In this document: positions 16,305-20,000 of the stretch, in pieces | How the letters are laid out: each line of letters begins with the position of its first letter | How positions within the stretch are numbered: position 1 is the stretch's first letter | Origin: an uncultured virus (IMG/VR IMGVR_UViG_3300020057_000040) | Lineage: Duplodnaviria > Heunggongvirae > Uroviricota > Caudoviricetes | Virus record (IMG/VR): IMGVR_UViG_3300020057_000040 | Strand: one strand, 5' to 3' | Length of the DNA: 20,000 bases | Made by a program: the position numbers and the translations under genes | The notes under the pieces: model-generated | What the model was told of the DNA's origin: nothing | The model's input: only the letters and a program-made list of their open reading frames with translations | Databases searched by the model: none

Positions 16305-17372
16305 TTACTCTTTTAATTTAATTTTATTAAAATCCAAATAACGTTCCTGTTCTTTTTTCGGTAATGTTTTTATTGCAGAACTTGAAATATGATTGTAGTT
16401 ACCATCACAGGTAATAAATACAATGGGTATATTACAACCTAAATCTTTTATGTATTGACACATGGTTAATTCATAATCTAAATCTTTAGCGTTCCTTAAA
16501 CCACGAACCAATGTTAGGTTGTCGTAATCCAATCCTTTTATGTAATCAGTAATAAGACCGTGATACATTTCTTGTTGATAATGATTTAAGCACATTGGTA
16601 ACATAGTAAAATCACCATTATTTTTACCCGCATTGATACCACGAGCAAGAATTACTTTATCAAAAATTTGTTCGGCTTTGTCCAATATATTTTTATGTCC
16701 AATGTGAAATGGATTAAAGCTACCTGCAAACACCGCTATCTTTGGTTTTAATGTTTTGAAGTATTCAATTAAATAACAGATGCCTGTGTACTTAGATGTG
16801 TTCCTTAAACCTTCTGCAAGTGTTTCTAATACTTCTAATCTTTTTGTACGGTATGTGTTCCAATCAACGAATTGATACTCTTTAAAAATTTGTTTGTCGT
16901 ATTCTATTATTTCCGAAAATGATTTTTCAAAAATATGCAGGTCTGCATTAATTAGAGATATTGAAAGGCAATAATACGTTTTATTTCGTGTATTGTTTGG
17001 TTTATGTGTTTTTGTATCCATAATCAAATCGTAAATTACCATTCCTTCTGCTGTTTCTCCCTTCCAATCGTTCTTAAATTGTTCGGCAGATTTTTCTTCA
17101 TTATTATTTGCCTTCGGGTCATAAACGTAATCGTGATAAACGGTAGCGATAATTATTTCATCATCCGTTTGTTCCATATCAACCAAATACATTACCATAT
17201 CCTCGATGTGTTTCCAAGTATGATAATGACGATGCGGTTGAGAATAAGCAGCTTCAAATTTAGTTATATCAAAACCCATTTTATGATTTAAAAACGATTG
17301 GCGTATAATCATATAAACTACTTGCTCTTTTGGAGTGTACGTTAATAAATGATTTATTTCTTCTTTTGTCAT
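16305..17372 (-). CDS. Fusion of an HD-like metal-dependent phosphohydrolase and a CoaD/PPAT-like nucleotidyltransferase
   Basis: N-half YSQPHRHYHTWKHI...YHDYVYDPKANNNEEKSA...ADL; C-half AVFAGSFNPFHIGH (HIGH), RGLRNAKDLDYE, ISSSAIK. Confidence 0.82.
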   Translation of the reverse strand: MTKEEINHLLTYTPKEQVVYMIIRQSFLNHKMGFDITKFEAAYSQPHRHYHTWKHIEDMVMYLVDMEQTDDEIIIATVYHDYVYDPKANNNEEKSAEQFKNDWKGETAEGMVIYDLIMDTKTHKPNNTRNKTYYCLSISLINADLHIFEKSFSEIIEYDKQIFKEYQFVDWNTYRTKRLEVLETLAEGLRNTSKYTGICYLIEYFKTLKPKIAVFAGSFNPFHIGHKNILDKAEQIFDKVILARGINAGKNNGDFTMLPMCLNHYQQEMYHGLITDYIKGLDYDNLTLVRGLRNAKDLDYELTMCQYIKDLGCNIPIVFITCDGNYNHISSSAIKTLPKKEQERYLDFNKIKLKE

Positions 17373-17704
17373 GCAGATTTTTCTTGTTTAGAATTATAAC
17401 ATTTGATAAATTCAATCACCGCTAAATAAACCTTGTCTATTTCGTAATCACGCATATAAGTTCCGATTTCACTTTCTAACCAATCCAAATTACTACAATG
17501 GTTTACGGTTGGTCTGTCGTGTTGGTTCATTGATATGTCAGCACATTTTTTGCAAACAGGAATTAACCAATTCCAGTCAATATGATATTGAACAGGATTA
17601 TACTGAGAGTTAAGAATAGGTGCATGAGGTATGTTTTGTTTCCATTCTTGACCCATAAAACACGATATGAGTTTATTTCCTTCTAATGTTTCTTCGTTAG
17701 TCAT
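17369..17704 (-). CDS. Phage hypothetical protein
   Basis: NKLIxxFMG...YHxDWNWLIPV pattern typical of phage ORFs. Confidence 0.65.
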   Translation of the reverse strand: MTNEETLEGNKLISCFMGQEWKQNIPHAPILNSQYNPVQYHIDWNWLIPVCKKCADISMNQHDRPTVNHCSNLDWLESEIGTYMRDYEIDKVYLAVIEFIKCYNSKQEKSA

Positions 17705-17705
17705 T

Positions 17706-18347
17706 TTATTTTTCTCCTATCGTTTGATGTTTACGTGCATATTCGGCATTTAAAAGAAAACGTGATACACCTTCCATTCGTTTCATTTTTATTATATGAG
17801 CCTCCAACTCTTTACTCATTTTATCTTGGTCGGCTTTTGATAATTTGTTTTCCATTTTATCAACCCTTAATTGAGCTTTTTGCAAGTCCTCATTAACTTG
17901 ATGTTTATCACGCCACTTTGTACGGGTACGTTCATCAGGTTGAAAAAAATCTTTGTGCTTATGAAAGAAAGAATCCATTAGTAATTGCTTTTCTATTTTA
18001 TGTAATTTTGAAAAGTATTTAAACTTCTCAATCACTTCAAAATAATCTTCGTTATCCAAATCAACCTTAATAGCATCTTTTAATTGGATTGTTTGAGTGA
18101 AAGGATTTACAGATAAAATTACATTTGTAATAATTATTAAATCATCTAAAGACTTTACTCTGAATTTACGGGTGTTAGAGGAAGCATCTATCTCTCCCAT
18201 TTCTAATCCGTACTTCTCCATGTGTTCCTTAAACTTATTTTGGGAATTTGTTTTCTCACCGCCTACACCTCTCTTAGAAAGTTCAAGTAACTTACGTGCT
18301 TTAACGATGTGTTTTTCCCGATTAGTATTATCTTTTACTTCACTCAT
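17706..18347 (-). CDS. DUF2786-like domain phage protein
   Basis: N-terminal KARKLLELSKRGVGGEKTNS...MEKYGL resembles DUF2786. Confidence 0.55.
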   Translation of the reverse strand: MSEVKDNTNREKHIVKARKLLELSKRGVGGEKTNSQNKFKEHMEKYGLEMGEIDASSNTRKFRVKSLDDLIIITNVILSVNPFTQTIQLKDAIKVDLDNEDYFEVIEKFKYFSKLHKIEKQLLMDSFFHKHKDFFQPDERTRTKWRDKHQVNEDLQKAQLRVDKMENKLSKADQDKMSKELEAHIIKMKRMEGVSRFLLNAEYARKHQTIGEK

Positions 18348-18351
18348 GTTC

Positions 18352-18627
18352 TTACGCTTCTGTGTTATTTGAAATTACAACCTTCTCTTTATATTTTAAT
18401 TTTTTAGGCTTGAAAACCTTTTTAAATGACTTTACAAGGTCTTTAGGTACATCCTTACCATTCTTCTTAACACAACGTCTTAATACGTCATAAACAAAGC
18501 GTTTATCTTTGCTGAAATGTTTTGATGCTGCTGTTATCGTTATACCTTTTTTATCAGCGTATGCGATAATTTTATTTGCGAGTGTTATCCTTGATATTTT
18601 CTGTTGTAATGTTAATTTTTGGTTCAT
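18352..18627 (-). CDS. Basic hypothetical protein, possible HTH DNA-binding
   Basis: Lys-rich; GITITAASKHFSKDKRFVYDV is HTH-like. Confidence 0.5.
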   Translation of the reverse strand: MNQKLTLQQKISRITLANKIIAYADKKGITITAASKHFSKDKRFVYDVLRRCVKKNGKDVPKDLVKSFKKVFKPKKLKYKEKVVISNNTEA

Positions 18628-18681
18628 GTATTTCGTTTTTTTTAATAATCTATTTTATATTTTTGAAATTCTTTTTATTTT

Positions 18682-19053
18682 CTAATGGGTTACCCCTTTT
18701 ATATTAAGATGTTCTTCCACCGCCTGACAAGTAATGTTGAAGAAGAAGCTGGGTGTTACCCCCTTCATATTAAGATGTTCTTCCACCATATCCTTTATAA
18801 AGCCTTGTATTTGCTTGTAGTTCATGCCAAATTGCGATTCAAAAACTGACCAAATATTATGATAATCGCACCATAAATTCGATTTTTCTAATTCTAAAAA
18901 ACACTTTTTATCTTTAATAAAAAATACTGAATCAGGACGTTCTTTTTTAAATGTTTCTGTGTCAATTGTAAGCCCGTTAATCATTTCCAAAAAAACTTCT
19001 TCTTTTGTTTTTTTAGGTATTAGATTTTCAGATTTGTTTTCTTCGTTGCTCAT
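18682..19053 (-). CDS. Array-associated small protein, paralog A
   Basis: Near-identical to the two upstream paralogs; C-terminus encoded by repeat-spacer-repeat (VEEHLNMKGVTP-SFFFNITCQA-VEEHLNIKGVTH). Confidence 0.8.
   Translation of the reverse strand: MSNEENKSENLIPKKTKEEVFLEMINGLTIDTETFKKERPDSVFFIKDKKCFLELEKSNLWCDYHNIWSVFESQFGMNYKQIQGFIKDMVEEHLNMKGVTPSFFFNITCQAVEEHLNIKGVTH
18686..18787 (-). CRISPR. CRISPR-like mini-array A (2 repeats, one 30-nt spacer)
   Basis: Repeats at 18686-18721 (degenerate) and 18752-18787; spacer 18722-18751. Confidence 0.65.
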
Positions 19054-19089
19054 TTTTTTTATATTTTTTAAATTCTTGTTATTTTCTAA

Positions 19090-19259
19090 TGTGTTACCCC
19101 ATTCATATTAAGGTGTTATTCCAACACTTTATGTAACAGGGTAGCGTTGCTTATGCGGTGTTACTCCCTTCATATTAAGATGTTCTTCCACTAGTCACAG
19201 AAAACAGAAGCGGAAATTGAAGTGGTGTTACCCCATTCATATTAAGATGTTCTTCCACC
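19090..19259 (-). CRISPR. CRISPR-like mini-array B (3 repeats, two 31-nt spacers)
   Basis: Repeats at 19090-19125 (degenerate), 19157-19192 and 19224-19259; unique spacers 19126-19156 and 19193-19223. Confidence 0.7.
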
Positions 19260-19579
19260 ATATCCTTTATAAAGTCTTGTATTTGCTTGTAGTTCATGTC
19301 AAATTGCGATTCAAAAACTGACCAAATATTATCATAATCGCACAATAAATCCGATTTTTTTAATTCTAAAAAACACTTTTTATCTTTAATAAAAAACTTA
19401 GAATTAGGATGACTTTTCTTAAATGTTTCCGTGTCAATTGTAAGCCCATTAATCATTTCCAAAAAAACTTCTTCTTTTGTTTTTTTAGGTATTATATTTT
19501 CAGCTTCAATTAATTTTCTTAGTTCGCTAACTTCATTTTCTAATTCGGTTAATCTTTTTTTGTTTTCTTCGCTGCTCAT
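19175..19579 (-). CDS. Array-associated small protein, paralog B (extra N-terminal coiled-coil)
   Basis: Same core as paralog A plus KKRLTELENEVSELRKLIEA; ends inside the second repeat (SGRTS*). Confidence 0.8.
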   Translation of the reverse strand: MSSEENKKRLTELENEVSELRKLIEAENIIPKKTKEEVFLEMINGLTIDTETFKKSHPNSKFFIKDKKCFLELKKSDLLCDYDNIWSVFESQFDMNYKQIQDFIKDMVEEHLNMNGVTPLQFPLLFSVTSGRTS

Positions 19580-19615
19580 TTTTTTTATATTTTTTAAATT
19601 CTTGTTATTTTCTAA

Positions 19616-19850
19616 TGTGTTACCCCTTTTATATTAAGATGTTCTTCCACCCCGTTAGTTTTACTTTCGGCAATGTAATCGGGTGTTACCCCCTTCATAT
19701 TAAGATGTTCTTTCACCATATTTTACTTTCAAAAGTAGATGTAGAACGGGTCTTACCCCCTTCATGTTAAGATGTTCTTCCACCAAGGAGGCATTTAAAG
19801 AATAATAAATTCGGGGTGTTACCCCCTTCATATTAAGATGTTCTTCCACC
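19616..19850 (-). CRISPR. CRISPR-like mini-array C (4 repeats, spacers 30/31/30 nt)
   Basis: Repeats at 19616-19651 (degenerate), 19682-19717, 19749-19784 and 19815-19850; consensus (minus strand) GGTGGAAGAACATCTTAATATGAAGGGGGTAACACC. Confidence 0.75.
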
Positions 19851-20000
19851 ATATCCTTTATAAAGTCTTGTATTTGCTTGTAGTTCATGTCAAATTGCGA
19901 TTCAAAAACTGACCAAATATTATCGTAATCGCACCATAAATCCGATTTTTCTAATTCTAAAAAACACTTTTTATCTTTAATAAAAAACTTAGAATTAGGA
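19700..20000 (-). CDS. Array-associated small protein, paralog C (5' end outside window)
   Basis: Frame is open to the window edge (PNSKFFIKDKKCFLELEKSDLWCDYDNIWSVFESQFDMNYKQ...); the ORF-track start at 19888 is an internal Met. Confidence 0.8.
   Translation of the reverse strand, partial: PNSKFFIKDKKCFLELEKSDLWCDYDNIWSVFESQFDMNYKQIQDFIKDMVEEHLNMKGVTPRIYYSLNASLVEEHLNMKGVRPVLHLLLKVKYGERTS

Noticed and set aside
4832..19637. Short alternative-frame or antisense ORFs (4832, 6072, 6854, 8304, 9890, 14509, 14715, 17004, 18097, 19431)
   Set aside because: All lie largely or wholly within better-supported genes and have no recognisable motifs.
18686..19850. TIGR-type array
   Set aside because: Units are 66-67 nt with one long spacer, not 36-nt units with two short spacers, and no Nop-domain protein is recognisable.
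18682..20000. Diversity-generating retroelement TR/VR pairs
   Set aside because: The variable segments are unrelated to each other rather than differing at adenine positions, and no reverse transcriptase is in the window.
1..20000. Stop-codon reassignment (alternative genetic code)
   Set aside because: Conserved enzymes are full length under the standard code, and no suppressor tRNA is present: the TAA/TAG/TGA triplets in the tRNAs are anticodons for Leu/Leu/Ser.

Overview
AT-rich segment of what is very probably a large Bacteroidota-infecting phage or prophage. It has dense, mostly minus-strand short phage-type ORFs, a Bacteroidota TAnnTTTG promoter, a tRNA array, YopX and SSB. From left to right: C-terminal part of a tyrosine recombinase; a PurA-like adenylosuccinate synthetase; a Gly-rich putative virion protein; six tRNAs (His, Ser x2, Tyr, Leu x2); NAMPT-like and PRPP-synthetase-like genes (candidate NAD+ reconstitution pathway); an EcoRI-family adenine methyltransferase; a complete non-autonomous IscB/omegaRNA element plus a 46-bp collapsed remnant of a relative; a RelA/SpoT-type HD hydrolase; an HD/CoaD-like fusion; and three tandem paralogous small genes. 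Two observations stand out. (1) Each tandem paralog runs directly into its own CRISPR-like mini-array (36-nt repeat, unique 30-31-nt spacers; 9 repeats and 6 spacers in total). The first repeat of each array encodes the protein's C-terminal motif, and no cas gene is in the window. (2) The tRNA array is preceded by an unannotated 23-codon leader peptide containing a 12-codon run made only of Leu/Ser/His/Tyr codons, exactly those decoded by the downstream tRNAs, followed by an antiterminator/terminator pair. This looks like a ribosome-stalling attenuator that senses tRNA shortage. All calls come from motif recognition by eye; no searches were run.
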